Shown: in pieces, positions 43,985 to 54,933 of the stretch
Layout: the number at the start of each line of letters is the position of its first letter
Position numbering within the stretch: position 1 is the first letter of the stretch
Assembly (NCBI GenBank): GCA_027398005.1
Contig: DAHYUM010000001.1
Span: 203 to 64,202, forward strand
Length of the DNA: 64,000 nucleotides
Direction of reading: 5' to 3'
DNA from: a bacterium
GTDB lineage: Bacteria > Bacteroidota > Ignavibacteria > Ignavibacteriales > Melioribacteraceae
The notes under the pieces: model-generated
What the model was told of the DNA's origin: nothing
Databases searched by the model: none
Seen by the model: only the letters and a program-made list of their open reading frames with translations
Made by a program: the position numbers and the translations under genes

Positions 43985-44956
43985 ATGATACTAGTTACTG
44001 GCGGAGCCGGTTATATTGGTTCCCATTTTGTTAAATACCTTATTGAAAGGGGGAAAGAGGTTCTTGTAATTGATAACCTTTCCCGCGGACACAGGGAAGC
44101 AGTTAACGAAAAAGCTAAATTTGAACAGGCAGATATACTTGATTACGATGCCCTGACTGCAATACTGAAAAAATATGAAATTGAAGCGGTAGTTCATTTT
44201 GCCGCATTCGCTTATGTGGGGGAATCGGTTGAGAAACCGGAAATGTACTACAGAAACAATGTGGTGGGGAGTTTCAATCTTATTAAAGCCGTTAACGAAA
44301 GGGGAATTAAGAAATTTGTTTTTTCCTCCACCTGCTCGCTCTACGGCAATCCGTATAAGGTGCCTATTTCGGAAGATGAACCTACAAAGCCTATAAACCC
44401 TTATGCGCAGACTAAATTGATGATAGAAAAAATGCTGCATGATTTTGACGCGGCATACGGATTGAAATATGTGGCACTGCGTTATTTTAACGCGGCCGGA
44501 GCCGATTTTGAAGGTAAGATTGGGGAAAGCCACGAACCGGAATCGCATCTTATTCCTATTGTGCTTGAAGCCGCGCTGGGCAAGAGGGAAAAAATATCCG
44601 TATTCGGTGATGACTACGAAACTGAGGACGGAACATGCATAAGGGATTATATACATATATACGACCTTGCAGACGCGCATCTTAAAGCGCTTGAATATCT
44701 TGAAAGCTACAAGCAGTCCGATGTTTTTAATCTGGGTACGGGAGCGGGATATTCGGTAAAGGAAATAATTAAGACAGCCGAAAAGGTAACGGGAACATAT
44801 CTAAAACAGGAAATTTCCAAAAGAAGGGCAGGCGACCCGGCAATTCTTGTAGCCGATAATCAGAAAGCTAAAAAGATTTTAAAATGGGTTCCTAAATATA
44901 ATCTTGAAGAGATAATTGAATCTGCCTGGAACTGGCATAAAAATCAATTATATTGA
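43985..44956 (+). CDS. galE: UDP-glucose 4-epimerase
   Basis: MILVTGGAGYIGSH, the YAQTK (YxxxK) motif and the overall GalE layout. The start at 43985 has an AAGGAG RBS. The ORF-track start at 43907 was rejected. Confidence 0.9.
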   Translation: MILVTGGAGYIGSHFVKYLIERGKEVLVIDNLSRGHREAVNEKAKFEQADILDYDALTAILKKYEIEAVVHFAAFAYVGESVEKPEMYYRNNVVGSFNLIKAVNERGIKKFVFSSTCSLYGNPYKVPISEDEPTKPINPYAQTKLMIEKMLHDFDAAYGLKYVALRYFNAAGADFEGKIGESHEPESHLIPIVLEAALGKREKISVFGDDYETEDGTCIRDYIHIYDLADAHLKALEYLESYKQSDVFNLGTGAGYSVKEIIKTAEKVTGTYLKQEISKRRAGDPAILVADNQKAKKILKWVPKYNLEEIIESAWNWHKNQLY

Positions 44957-44957
44957 T

Positions 44958-45515
44958 ATGAAAGTAGAAAAAACCGGTTTTGAAGGACTCCTTATAATAG
45001 AGCCTCAGGTATTCGGAGACGCAAGGGGATATTTTTACGAAAGTTACAATCCCGAAAAATTTAAAGCCGCCGGCATAGATATAGTTTTCGTTCAGGATAA
45101 TTTATCCAAGTCGGCAAAGGGAACAATAAGGGGGCTTCATTACCAGGCGGGGGAAAAGGCGCAGGATAAATTATGTTATGTAATAAACGGCGCCGTGCTC
45201 GATGTTGCAGTGGATATCCGATACGGCTCTCCAACATTCGGAAAATATTTTGCATGCGAATTGACAGGTGAAAACAAAAAACAGCTGTTGATTCCGAAAG
45301 GGTTTGCGCATGGTTTTTCAGTGCTTGCCGATGAGACTATTTTTGCATACAAAGTCAGCGCGCCATATAGTCCTATAGATGAAAGGACAATATTATTCAG
45401 CGATGAGGAACTTGCAATAGACTGGAAAGTTGAAAAGCCTATTGTATCTGAAAAAGATTTGAAGGGAATTCCGTTTAAGGACATTGCAAAGGAATTCATT
45501 TACAGCGTTAAATAA
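44958..45515 (+). CDS. rfbC: dTDP-4-dehydrorhamnose 3,5-epimerase
   Basis: Motifs FGDARGYF.E, RGLHYQ and PKGFAHGF. The start at 44958 is 1 nt after the galE stop. Confidence 0.9.
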   Translation: MKVEKTGFEGLLIIEPQVFGDARGYFYESYNPEKFKAAGIDIVFVQDNLSKSAKGTIRGLHYQAGEKAQDKLCYVINGAVLDVAVDIRYGSPTFGKYFACELTGENKKQLLIPKGFAHGFSVLADETIFAYKVSAPYSPIDERTILFSDEELAIDWKVEKPIVSEKDLKGIPFKDIAKEFIYSVK

Positions 45516-45545
45516 ATTTTATAATAAGGAAATTCGGGAGTATAA

Positions 45546-46859
45546 ATGAATCTTTCCGTAATTGGCACAGGTTATGTGGGTTTGGTATCGGGCACCTGCT
45601 TTGCAGAGATGGGGAATAATGTAATTTGCGTAGATAACAATGAAGAGAAGCTGAAAAAACTTAAAAGCGGAACAGTGCCTATTTACGAACCGGGGCTCGA
45701 AATAATTTTCGAAAGGAATATACAGAAAGGGAGACTGGTTTTTACGGGGGATTTGAAGGAAGCTGTATTAAAATCGGATGTTGTTTTTCTCTGCCTTCCT
45801 ACTCCAATGGGCGAAAACGGCTCGGCCGATTTGAAATATGTCCGTACCGCCGCCGCCGATATAGGAAAAATTTTAAAGGACGCAGGCGATAAAAACTTTA
45901 AGATTATTGTAAATAAAAGCACAGTACCGGTTGGCACAAGCCGCCAGATTACAGAGATTATTGACGCGTGCGGCATTAAGAACTACGCGGTAGTTTCCAA
46001 TCCCGAATTTCTGCGCGAAGGCTTTGCCGTTGACGATTTTATGAAACCGGACAGAATTGTGATAGGCTCGGATAATAAGAATGCGCTTCAGATTATGAGG
46101 GATTTATATGAACCTTTCGTAAGGCAGGGGAACCCGATAATTGAAATGAACCCCGAAAGCGCCGAAGTTACAAAATACGCCGCCAATTCGTACCTTGCTA
46201 TGCGCATTACTTTTATGAACGAGCTTGCCAATTTCTGCGAGAAAGCAGGGGCTAATGTTGACCTTGTAAGAAAAGGATTGGGAAGCGATACAAGAATAGG
46301 TAAACGATTCCTCTTTCCGGGCATAGGGTACGGGGGCTCATGTTTCCCCAAGGACGTTAAGGCATTAATTAAAACAGCCGAAGAGAAAAATTCCCCGATG
46401 AAGATTCTTGAGGCAGTTGACGAAGTTAACAACAGGCAGAAAACAATACTTGCCGATAAGCTTGCGCGCCATTTCAATAATGATTTGAAAGGTAAAAAAA
46501 TTGCGGTATGGGGGCTCTCTTTTAAACCGAATACCGACGATATGAGGGAGGCGCCTTCAATCTATATTATAAAAAAATTGAAGGAAGCCGGATGCGAAAT
46601 TAATGCGTATGACCCGGCGGCTATTGAAACAGCAAGGTTCTACATTAAAGAGGAAGTTAATTATTTCCAGAACCAGTACGATGCCCTCGAAGGGGCCGAT
46701 GCTCTGATGATTCTTACCGAATGGAATGAATTCCGAAATCCCGATTTTAAGATGATTAATAGCAGACTTAAAAACCGGTTGATATTAGACGGGCGCAATA
46801 TTTTTGAGCCTGAAAAAATGGCAGAAGCCGGATTTACCTACTACAGCATAGGCAGGTAA
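45546..46859 (+). CDS. ugd: UDP-glucose 6-dehydrogenase
   Basis: Motifs GTGYVGLV, GGSCFPKD (the catalytic Cys) and the C-terminal UDPG_MGDP_dh domain. Confidence 0.9.
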   Translation: MNLSVIGTGYVGLVSGTCFAEMGNNVICVDNNEEKLKKLKSGTVPIYEPGLEIIFERNIQKGRLVFTGDLKEAVLKSDVVFLCLPTPMGENGSADLKYVRTAAADIGKILKDAGDKNFKIIVNKSTVPVGTSRQITEIIDACGIKNYAVVSNPEFLREGFAVDDFMKPDRIVIGSDNKNALQIMRDLYEPFVRQGNPIIEMNPESAEVTKYAANSYLAMRITFMNELANFCEKAGANVDLVRKGLGSDTRIGKRFLFPGIGYGGSCFPKDVKALIKTAEEKNSPMKILEAVDEVNNRQKTILADKLARHFNNDLKGKKIAVWGLSFKPNTDDMREAPSIYIIKKLKEAGCEINAYDPAAIETARFYIKEEVNYFQNQYDALEGADALMILTEWNEFRNPDFKMINSRLKNRLILDGRNIFEPEKMAEAGFTYYSIGR

Positions 46860-47987
46860 TCAGCTGTTTAATATTTTCTCGTAGTAATTTATATACTGCG
46901 GAATTATAAGTTTTTTGTCGAAATTATTTAAAGCTCTTTCCCTTGCATTGCGCGAGAAGGAATTGTACTTTTTCTCGTTTGTAAGGAGTTCAACAGTATA
47001 TTTTGCCATCCTGTTTATATCCCCAATCTCCGCAATAAAGCCGACTTCATTATGTACTATTAATTCGGGCAGGCCGCCAACGCTTGAACTTACCACCGGA
47101 ATACCGCAAGACATAGCCTCGAGGGCCGAGAGCCCGAAACTTTCTGACTGCGAAGGCATAAGGAACACGTCTGCAACGCTTAAAAGATCCGTAAGGCCAT
47201 CCTGTTTGCCCAAGAAGAAAACATCTTTCTGAAGCCCCAGTTCGCGGGCAAGCCGTTCGCATTCCGAGCGGTCGGGGCCGTCCCCTATAAGCACCAGTTT
47301 TGCCGGAATCTGTTTCTTTACTTTTGATAGGATGTGGATAGAATCGACAACCCTTTTAACCGGCCTGAAATTTGAAGTATGCATTAATATTTTTTCGCCG
47401 TTGGGGGCTACATAATTTTTGAATGAATCGTTTTCAACGTTTTTGTATAAATCGGTATCTATAAAGTTGTAAATAACTTCAATATCTTTTTCAATATTAT
47501 AGTTGGTAAGTGTTTTTTCCTTAAGAAAGCGGGAAACCGCCGTAACGCCGTCGCTTTCTTCGATGCTGAATTTTACGAGGGGAAGAAAATGGGGTTCGAG
47601 CCCTACAAGTGTAATATCGGTTCCGTGAAGAGTGGTAATAATTTTTATATCCGTTTTGTTCTTTTTTAGAATCTGTTTTGCCATATAAGCGCTTGCAGCG
47701 TGGGGTATTGCATAATGAACATGCATAAGGTCAAGTTTTTCATATTCAATAACTTCAATCATCTTGCTAGCCAGGGCAAGGGTATAGAGGGAATGCTCAA
47801 GAAGCGGATAATTGCTGAATTCAACCTCGTGAAAGAAAATATTTTCGTGATACTGAGTAAGGCGGCGCGGAACCGCATAACTGATAAAATGCACCTGATG
47901 CCCCTGCAGGGCGAGTTCTTTTCCCAATTCAGTAGCTACAACACCGCTTCCTCCATATGTAGGATAACATGTAATGCCTATTTTCAT
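46860..47987 (-). CDS. bshA: N-acetyl-alpha-D-glucosaminyl L-malate synthase (GT4), bacillithiol biosynthesis
   Basis: The N-terminus MKIGITCYPTYGGSGVVATELGKELALQGHQVHFIS closely matches the characteristic BshA N-terminus. The C-terminus has a GT4 E..G....EAM motif. Confidence 0.75.
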   Translation of the reverse strand: MKIGITCYPTYGGSGVVATELGKELALQGHQVHFISYAVPRRLTQYHENIFFHEVEFSNYPLLEHSLYTLALASKMIEVIEYEKLDLMHVHYAIPHAASAYMAKQILKKNKTDIKIITTLHGTDITLVGLEPHFLPLVKFSIEESDGVTAVSRFLKEKTLTNYNIEKDIEVIYNFIDTDLYKNVENDSFKNYVAPNGEKILMHTSNFRPVKRVVDSIHILSKVKKQIPAKLVLIGDGPDRSECERLARELGLQKDVFFLGKQDGLTDLLSVADVFLMPSQSESFGLSALEAMSCGIPVVSSSVGGLPELIVHNEVGFIAEIGDINRMAKYTVELLTNEKKYNSFSRNARERALNNFDKKLIIPQYINYYEKILNS

Positions 47988-48134
47988 CGTATTTATGCCT
48001 GTTTTTATTAATCAACCCAATTTACCCTAAAATAGTTCTTTTCAGCTTTAGGGAATACAAAAGAAAACCTCTTTTAAACGATACTTATTTATTTATATAT
48101 TTCAAATTATTATTTAACGAAAAAATTATTACTG

Positions 48135-49031
48135 ATGGATTTGATAAAAAAACGGATACTTATTATCGGCTCGAACGGAAAACTGGGCCTTGGCCTGGCT
48201 CGCCGGCTGAGCGTTAACGGTAGGTACGAGATTCTATGCTCGGGTATTGAGGAAAAACAAACAGGCCCCGGCGTTGATTATTTACAGGCGGATATAACAA
48301 GAAAAAACAGCATTAAAAGCCTTTTTCATAATTTTTTCCCCGATGTGGTAATTAACGCCGCAGGATATACCAACGTAGATCTTTGCGAAACAAACAAGGA
48401 ATTATCGTGGAATATTAATGTTAAAGGCACCGAAAACATTGCCATATCTTCATGGGCTATTGACGCGCATATGATTCATATTTCAACCGACTATATATTC
48501 GACGGTAAGGAGGGGCCTTATACCGAAGAGGATGTGCCTAACCCTATTAGTTATTACGGCAGGACAAAGCTGGCCGCAGAAAATTCCCTGCGTACTTCGG
48601 GAACAAGGTACACCATCCTGCGTACTAATGTGTTGTACGGAAGTAATCCGGAAGACGGGCGCGCTGATTTTGCCCTCTGGGCGGCCGAAAGCCTTAAAAA
48701 AGAAAAGCAAATTAGCGTTGTTACCGATCAGATGAATAACCCTACTTATATACCCGACCTGGTAAATGCCGTAATAAATATTATAGAAATGGAAAAACAG
48801 GGTATTTATAATATTGGGGGAGCCGAATTATTGAGCCGGTATGATTTTGCGGTAAGAATTGCTGAGCATTACGGATTGAATAAAGAATTGATTATTCCCG
48901 TAACAACCGAAAGCCTTAAACAGCCGGCACCACGGCCGCTGAAGTCGGGATTGATTGTCAGGAAAGCCGAAAGGGAACTCGGTTTTACCCCGACTCCGAT
49001 TAATGAAACACTTGAACATATAAGCTTATAG
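48135..49031 (+). CDS. rfbD: dTDP-4-dehydrorhamnose reductase
   Basis: Motifs GSNGKLG, STDYIFDG, YG.TK and the RfbD layout. Confidence 0.85.
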   Translation: MDLIKKRILIIGSNGKLGLGLARRLSVNGRYEILCSGIEEKQTGPGVDYLQADITRKNSIKSLFHNFFPDVVINAAGYTNVDLCETNKELSWNINVKGTENIAISSWAIDAHMIHISTDYIFDGKEGPYTEEDVPNPISYYGRTKLAAENSLRTSGTRYTILRTNVLYGSNPEDGRADFALWAAESLKKEKQISVVTDQMNNPTYIPDLVNAVINIIEMEKQGIYNIGGAELLSRYDFAVRIAEHYGLNKELIIPVTTESLKQPAPRPLKSGLIVRKAERELGFTPTPINETLEHISL

Positions 49032-49057
49032 CTGCTCTCCAATTTTTTGTTTAAAAC

Positions 49058-49086
49058 AAAAAACCCGGCCGCGGCCGGGTTTTTTG
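49058..49086. terminator. Bidirectional intrinsic terminator
   Basis: aaaaaaCCCGGCcgcgGCCGGGtttttt lies between convergent rfbD and the OmpA-like gene. Confidence 0.85.
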
Positions 49087-49102
49087 ATGTATAATGTTGT
49101 AA

Positions 49103-50599
49103 TTATTTCTTTTCTTCTTCCTGAACTTTATAAAGAGCTTTAACTTCAACTCTTCTGTTCTGGTGGCGTCCTACTGCAGTTTTGTTGGATGCAACAGGAT
49201 TGTCTTTTCCGAAACCTTCGGTAGTAATAACCGATTCGTTTAATCCTTTCTTAACCAGATATTTCTTAACCGATTCGGCTCTCTTGACTGAAAGCTTCTG
49301 ATTGTATTTTTTCGGTCCGATGCTGTCGGTATATCCCGAAAGCTTAACTTTAGCGTCGGGTATGGCATTAATAGCATCGTAAATATTATCGAGCTGTTCT
49401 TTAGCTTTCTTTGTGAGAGAATATTTATCGAAATTGAAGAGGACATTTTCAAATCCTTTTTCCTTATCAACCCAAACCATTACTTTCGGGAAATCATCAG
49501 AAGGATCAAGAGGATTGGTGCCTCTTTTAACTTCAATGCCGTCTCCAACACCGCCGTTATCGGTATCAACTTTCAAAGGATCGGTCTTGTATTTAAGAAC
49601 TTCTTCACCATCTGTTAAACCATCACCATCGGTATCGGCTTTCAAAGGATCGGTCTTGTATTTAAGTACCTCATCGCCGTCTTTAAGTCCGTCGCCGTCG
49701 GTATCGGCATTCAAAGGATCGGTTTTGTATTTAAGAACTTCGTCCCCGTCGCTCAAGCCGTCGCCGTCTGTATCAGCTTTAATCGGGTTGGTTTTATATT
49801 TGAATACTTCGTCGCCGTCATTTAAGCCGTCGCCGTCTGTATCGGCTTTAAGAGGATCGGTCTTATAGGTTAAATATTCCTCTCCGTCTTTAAGTCCGTC
49901 GCCGTCGGTATCGGGGTTGTTCGGGTCGGTGCCAATTTCTTTTTCAATTCTCTTAATAAGCCCGTCGTGGTCGTAGTCGGTATCCCCGTCATCACCAATA
50001 AAGGTAATGCCAACGCCAACATTAAGAAAAGCGTCATTGAAATCTACAATTTTATATGCATTGAGATTGTCGGTTAGGGAATAATGCATGCTTGCGCTTA
50101 AATCGAGAAGAACGCTTTCGGAAAGTTTAATTTCGGTGCCAATGCCGGCGCTCAGAATACCGGTCCACCCGCTCGCGTCAACCGGATTAGGTGAAACCAT
50201 GGGGGTTTTTGTTGAAGCGTTGTAATTAAGAAGGCCTATACCGCCAAAAAAATAGGGATTGAAGTTTTCAAGATCGAATGGGGTATATAATAATCTTAAA
50301 TCGATAGGGAGGAGGGAAGTGGAATAATTATTTCCTTTATCGTCAACGCCGTTGTATGAGCCGTACCCTAAACCAGCTTCGGCAGTAAAATAATTGCTTA
50401 AACCATATCTGAAATAACCTCTTACGAGGGGTGAGATTCTAACTCCGTTGGACAGGCTGAATTCGTTCAACGGGAACATGTTGTTTAACTGCAAACCGGC
50501 TTTCCACGTAATATCTTTAAACTGGGCATTAGAAGTGCCGCTTAAAAAGAAAAATGCGAATAGAAAAACGGCCGAAAATACATTAACTATCCTTTTCAT
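49103..50599 (-). CDS. OmpA-family outer-membrane protein with thrombospondin type-3 (TSP3) Ca-binding repeats
   Basis: Signal peptide, an N-terminal beta-barrel-like region, about 6 DTDGDGL.DG.E repeats, and a C-terminal OmpA domain (GYTDS.G...YN..LS..RA..V). Confidence 0.9.
   Translation of the reverse strand: MKRIVNVFSAVFLFAFFFLSGTSNAQFKDITWKAGLQLNNMFPLNEFSLSNGVRISPLVRGYFRYGLSNYFTAEAGLGYGSYNGVDDKGNNYSTSLLPIDLRLLYTPFDLENFNPYFFGGIGLLNYNASTKTPMVSPNPVDASGWTGILSAGIGTEIKLSESVLLDLSASMHYSLTDNLNAYKIVDFNDAFLNVGVGITFIGDDGDTDYDHDGLIKRIEKEIGTDPNNPDTDGDGLKDGEEYLTYKTDPLKADTDGDGLNDGDEVFKYKTNPIKADTDGDGLSDGDEVLKYKTDPLNADTDGDGLKDGDEVLKYKTDPLKADTDGDGLTDGEEVLKYKTDPLKVDTDNGGVGDGIEVKRGTNPLDPSDDFPKVMVWVDKEKGFENVLFNFDKYSLTKKAKEQLDNIYDAINAIPDAKVKLSGYTDSIGPKKYNQKLSVKRAESVKKYLVKKGLNESVITTEGFGKDNPVASNKTAVGRHQNRRVEVKALYKVQEEEKK
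49530..49990 (-). repeat. Intragenic 69-bp (23-aa) tandem repeats encoding TSP3 motifs
   Basis: Repeated KTDPLKADTDGDGL.DGDEVLKY units. The periodicity is also visible in the antisense ORF (SPSVSAFKGSVLYL repeated). Confidence 0.85.
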
Positions 50600-50728
50600 C
50601 CTACCTCCATTATTGGTTAAAAAAATTTATATATAGAGTAAAAGACAGAATTCACATTCTTTTAGTTCCAAACGGAAGCAATTCCATTTAAATTCTAAGC
50701 AAATAGGATGAAAATTGCAACAAAATTG

Positions 50729-50802
50729 TACCCACGAGAGGATTCGAACCTCCGGCCAACAGTTTAGGAAACTGCTGCTCTATCCTGCTGAGCTACGTGG
50801 GC
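50729..50802 (-). tRNA. tRNA-Arg (anticodon CCT)
   Basis: A 74-nt cloverleaf folded by hand: GCCCACG TA GCTC AGCAGGATA GAGC A GCAGT TTCCTAA ACTGT TGGCC GGAGG TTCGAAT CCTCT CGTGGGT A. No CCA is encoded. Confidence 0.85.
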
Positions 50803-50831
50803 AGGTATGCAAAAATAAGAAAAAAAACGGT

Positions 50832-51716
50832 TTATTTCTTGTTTGATCTTATAAAATCCCTGAATCCGGCGTATAATTCTTTCTCTTTGTCGTTCAATTC
50901 AGTGTGAGCTATATCATACGCATTCTCAAGAAAACGGAGATTCGTAAGTTTCAACGCAAGAGCCAGGTCCCCGGGGAATTTTTCGAGGTCCTTCGATACA
51001 ATTTCCCAAAACTTTACTGCAGCTTTAAGATTTATAACATTTGGAAGCTGGTTGTTGTTCGAAATTTTTATCAGTTCGTCAATCTGGTCGGTATAATTTT
51101 CGCAGATTGCAATTGCCGAAATACCCGCGTGTTTCTGCATCGCCTGAAGATTATAAGTCTTCAGATTCATATCGGCGCAGAGTTTAAGCAGGTTGGCCAT
51201 GCTCGTTTGTATTGCATATTTATTTACAAAGGCCGCGCTGTAATTCTGGTCGATATATTTCTTAACCGTATCTGGCAGAGCTTTCCTGGCTTCTTCCTTA
51301 ACACCGGTTTCTATGCTTACCATCTTGGTAATTTTAAGAAGGTCTTCATATTTGCCGTTGTTCTTAAGTTCATCAATTAATTCGAAAGAGGGAACAGAGT
51401 TCGAGGCTGAAGGAACGGGGGCCGCTTTGGCAAAATTCTTTCTTCCATATTTGCCGTAAAGAATTTCAAGAATCTGTATTACCTTATCGTTAGTAGGCAA
51501 AACATTAATGCCGGCCGAATAAAGTTTTTCAATCATTATTGAAAAATGCCCTTCGTCAATATCGAAACTGACGATAGTATCGCTGCCGAGATGACTGTAA
51601 GACAAAGCGCTCATTTCCACCGAAGGAATTAATGCCATTTTTTCCATTACGGCTTTAATTTTTTCGATTTCCACCGCCGAAGTCTTAATTATTATTTTTT
51701 CCTGTTTCGCAGCCAT
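50832..51716 (-). CDS. Hypothetical protein (294 aa)
   Basis: A long ORF with coding-like composition. I recognise no family. Confidence 0.6.
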   Translation of the reverse strand: MAAKQEKIIIKTSAVEIEKIKAVMEKMALIPSVEMSALSYSHLGSDTIVSFDIDEGHFSIMIEKLYSAGINVLPTNDKVIQILEILYGKYGRKNFAKAAPVPSASNSVPSFELIDELKNNGKYEDLLKITKMVSIETGVKEEARKALPDTVKKYIDQNYSAAFVNKYAIQTSMANLLKLCADMNLKTYNLQAMQKHAGISAIAICENYTDQIDELIKISNNNQLPNVINLKAAVKFWEIVSKDLEKFPGDLALALKLTNLRFLENAYDIAHTELNDKEKELYAGFRDFIRSNKK

Positions 51717-51817
51717 TTACTTTCGACTTAATTTTTTAGAGGCTAAAGTTATGAATTATACGCAATAAATGCTATATAAATTGAATTTACCCCCCTTTTT
51801 TAATATGTTTTGATTGA

Positions 51818-53146
<1,329 letters not shown>

Positions 53147-53166
53147 GCATTATAATTGATTATTAG

Positions 53167-53194
53167 AAAAAGCGCCCCTAGAGGCGCTTTTTTA
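53167..53194 (+). terminator. Intrinsic terminator after eno
   Basis: aaaaAGCGCC-cctaga-GGCGCTtttttt. Confidence 0.8.
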
Positions 53195-53222
53195 TCATAT
53201 TGAAAACTAACTAGAGGTATCT

Positions 53223-54605
53223 ATGCCCGAATTTAATCTGAAGACTATTGATGCTATGATCAAAAAGCATAAGATTGAGTTCATCGATTTGAAATGTATC
53301 GATCTGGTAGGAAGACTGCATCATATCACCCTGCCGGTCATTCCCAATATTATGAAGAAACTTATGGAAGAAGGGGTCGGTTTCGACGGCTCAAGCTACG
53401 GATTCAGGAAAGTTGAAAACAGCGATATGATTATGATTCCCGACCTTAACACCGCGGTGCTCGATTTATTCCGCGATGCCCCTACTCTCAGCTTTTATTC
53501 CAATATTGTTCTTACAGACGGTAAGAAAACCAATTTTTCGCAGGACGGACGTTTCCAGGCTAAAAAAGCAGAAAAACTTTTGAAACAGATTACCGGATGC
53601 GACAAATCGTGGTGGGGACCCGAATTCGAATTCTATATCTTCTCGAATGTTGAATACGATACACGTACAAGCCGCTCTTTCTATCAGGTTGATCATGCCG
53701 AAGAATTTTATAAACGCGCCTACCATGCCGCAAATCCTTTCGATCTTTACGACGATTTCAGGGATGAAGCCAGCAAAATGTTGGGCAAGTTCGGCATCAA
53801 TGTTAAATATCATCACCACGAAGTAGGCGAAAGGGGACAGCAGGAAATTGAAACTTATTTCTCAGACCTTCTTACCACTGCCGATAATATTATTACGGCT
53901 AAATATGTTCTCTTTAATTTTGCCCGCCAGAAAAACCTTTTTATTACATTTATGCCTAAGCCTATGTACCAGCAGGCAGGCAACGGACTGCATCTGCATA
54001 TGTTCCTTACCAAAAACGGTAAGAACGCATTCTATAAAAAAGGGGAATACGGCAACATTAACGAACTCGGACGCTATTTTATAGGCGGCATGCTTAAACA
54101 CGGGCCCGCTTTAAGCGCTTTTACAAACCCGAGCACAAACTCTTACAAGAGGCTTGTTCCCGGATTCGAGGCTCCCGTTGCTTTAACATACGGACAGGGG
54201 AACCGCGCTTCGGCAATCAGAATTCCAAAGTATGTATCCAATCCGCAGGAAGTGCGTTTTGAATACCGTCCGCCTGATGCTACTGCCAATCCTTATCTTG
54301 CCATTACCGCAATGCTGTTGGCAGGTATAGACGGGGTTGTTAATAAAATTGACCCGGTTAAAGAAGGATTCGGTCCTTTTGATAAGAATATTATGGATGA
54401 ATCGCTGAGGTCGCAGATTCATTTTCTGCCGCGCAATCTTGCCGAAGCACTCGACTGCCTAGAAAAGGATAATTCGTTCCTGCATAGAGGAGGCATTTTT
54501 ACAGACGAACTGCTTGACCAGTGGGTTAAAACAAAAAATGAGGAAATTAAAGCCATTGGCACAATGCCTCATCCTTTCGAATACAAAATGTACTTTACAC
54601 TTTAG
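53223..54605 (+). CDS. glnA: Glutamine synthetase (type I-like)
   Basis: Motifs FDGSS, GPEFEFY, HHEV and NG.H.H., plus a C-terminal catalytic domain. Confidence 0.85.
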   Translation: MPEFNLKTIDAMIKKHKIEFIDLKCIDLVGRLHHITLPVIPNIMKKLMEEGVGFDGSSYGFRKVENSDMIMIPDLNTAVLDLFRDAPTLSFYSNIVLTDGKKTNFSQDGRFQAKKAEKLLKQITGCDKSWWGPEFEFYIFSNVEYDTRTSRSFYQVDHAEEFYKRAYHAANPFDLYDDFRDEASKMLGKFGINVKYHHHEVGERGQQEIETYFSDLLTTADNIITAKYVLFNFARQKNLFITFMPKPMYQQAGNGLHLHMFLTKNGKNAFYKKGEYGNINELGRYFIGGMLKHGPALSAFTNPSTNSYKRLVPGFEAPVALTYGQGNRASAIRIPKYVSNPQEVRFEYRPPDATANPYLAITAMLLAGIDGVVNKIDPVKEGFGPFDKNIMDESLRSQIHFLPRNLAEALDCLEKDNSFLHRGGIFTDELLDQWVKTKNEEIKAIGTMPHPFEYKMYFTL

Positions 54606-54620
54606 AACTTATTGTTTTAT

Positions 54621-54647
54621 AAGGGGTTAGAGCAATTCTAACCCCTT
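54621..54647 (+). terminator. 11-bp-stem hairpin after glnA (no T-tract)
   Basis: AAGGGGTTAGA-gcaat-TCTAACCCCTT, 16 nt after the stop. Confidence 0.5.
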
Positions 54648-54883
54648 AAAGCAACAAATAGGTAATAATTTCAAATAACCTGAAAAAGCAGGGTAACTTT
54701 TTCACTTGACAATTTTGTAAAAAGATTGTTATTTTTTCATATCAAAAAACAAAAATGTACATTTAAGGTGTGCAGACTTCCCTAAAATTAAATGGAACTT
54801 TTTCGATAATATTATTGTCTTATACAGTAATAGGCTCATTATTTTATAAAATCCGATATGCCGGTAGGCCGGCAAAAATCAAT

Positions 54884-54918
54884 ACCCCTTGTTACCATTG
54901 GTAATAAGGGGTTTTTTT
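54884..54918 (+). terminator. Strong intrinsic-terminator-like hairpin immediately upstream of the second NYN gene
   Basis: ACCCCTTGTTACC-att-GGTAATAAGGGGT forms a 13-bp stem with one G.U pair, followed by TTTTTTT. It ends 15 nt before the ATG at 54934. Confidence 0.6.
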
Positions 54919-54933
54919 ATAAAAGGGGGTTAA

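Noticed and set aside
43991-44680. 229-aa antisense ORF inside galE. Similar long shadow ORFs occur at 155-472, 4217-4654, 5004-5597, 8905-9387, 18474-18956, 25755-26288, 29856-30362, 38895-39404, 39720-40100, 49413-49868 and 50904-51380.
   Set aside because: Each lies fully inside a confidently identified gene on the opposite strand or in another frame, and none resembles a known protein. They are typical shadow ORFs.
50600-50831. tRNA-Arg flanks as an integration site for a mobile element
   Set aside because: There is no integrase, no direct repeat of the tRNA 3' end, and no compositional break that I can see on either side.
54706-54734. TTGACA-17 nt-TTATTT as a promoter for the putative spacer transcript upstream of the second NYN gene
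   Set aside because: The -35 is perfect but the -10 candidate matches TATAAT at only 2 of 6 positions. It is mentioned in the finding but was not called as a feature.
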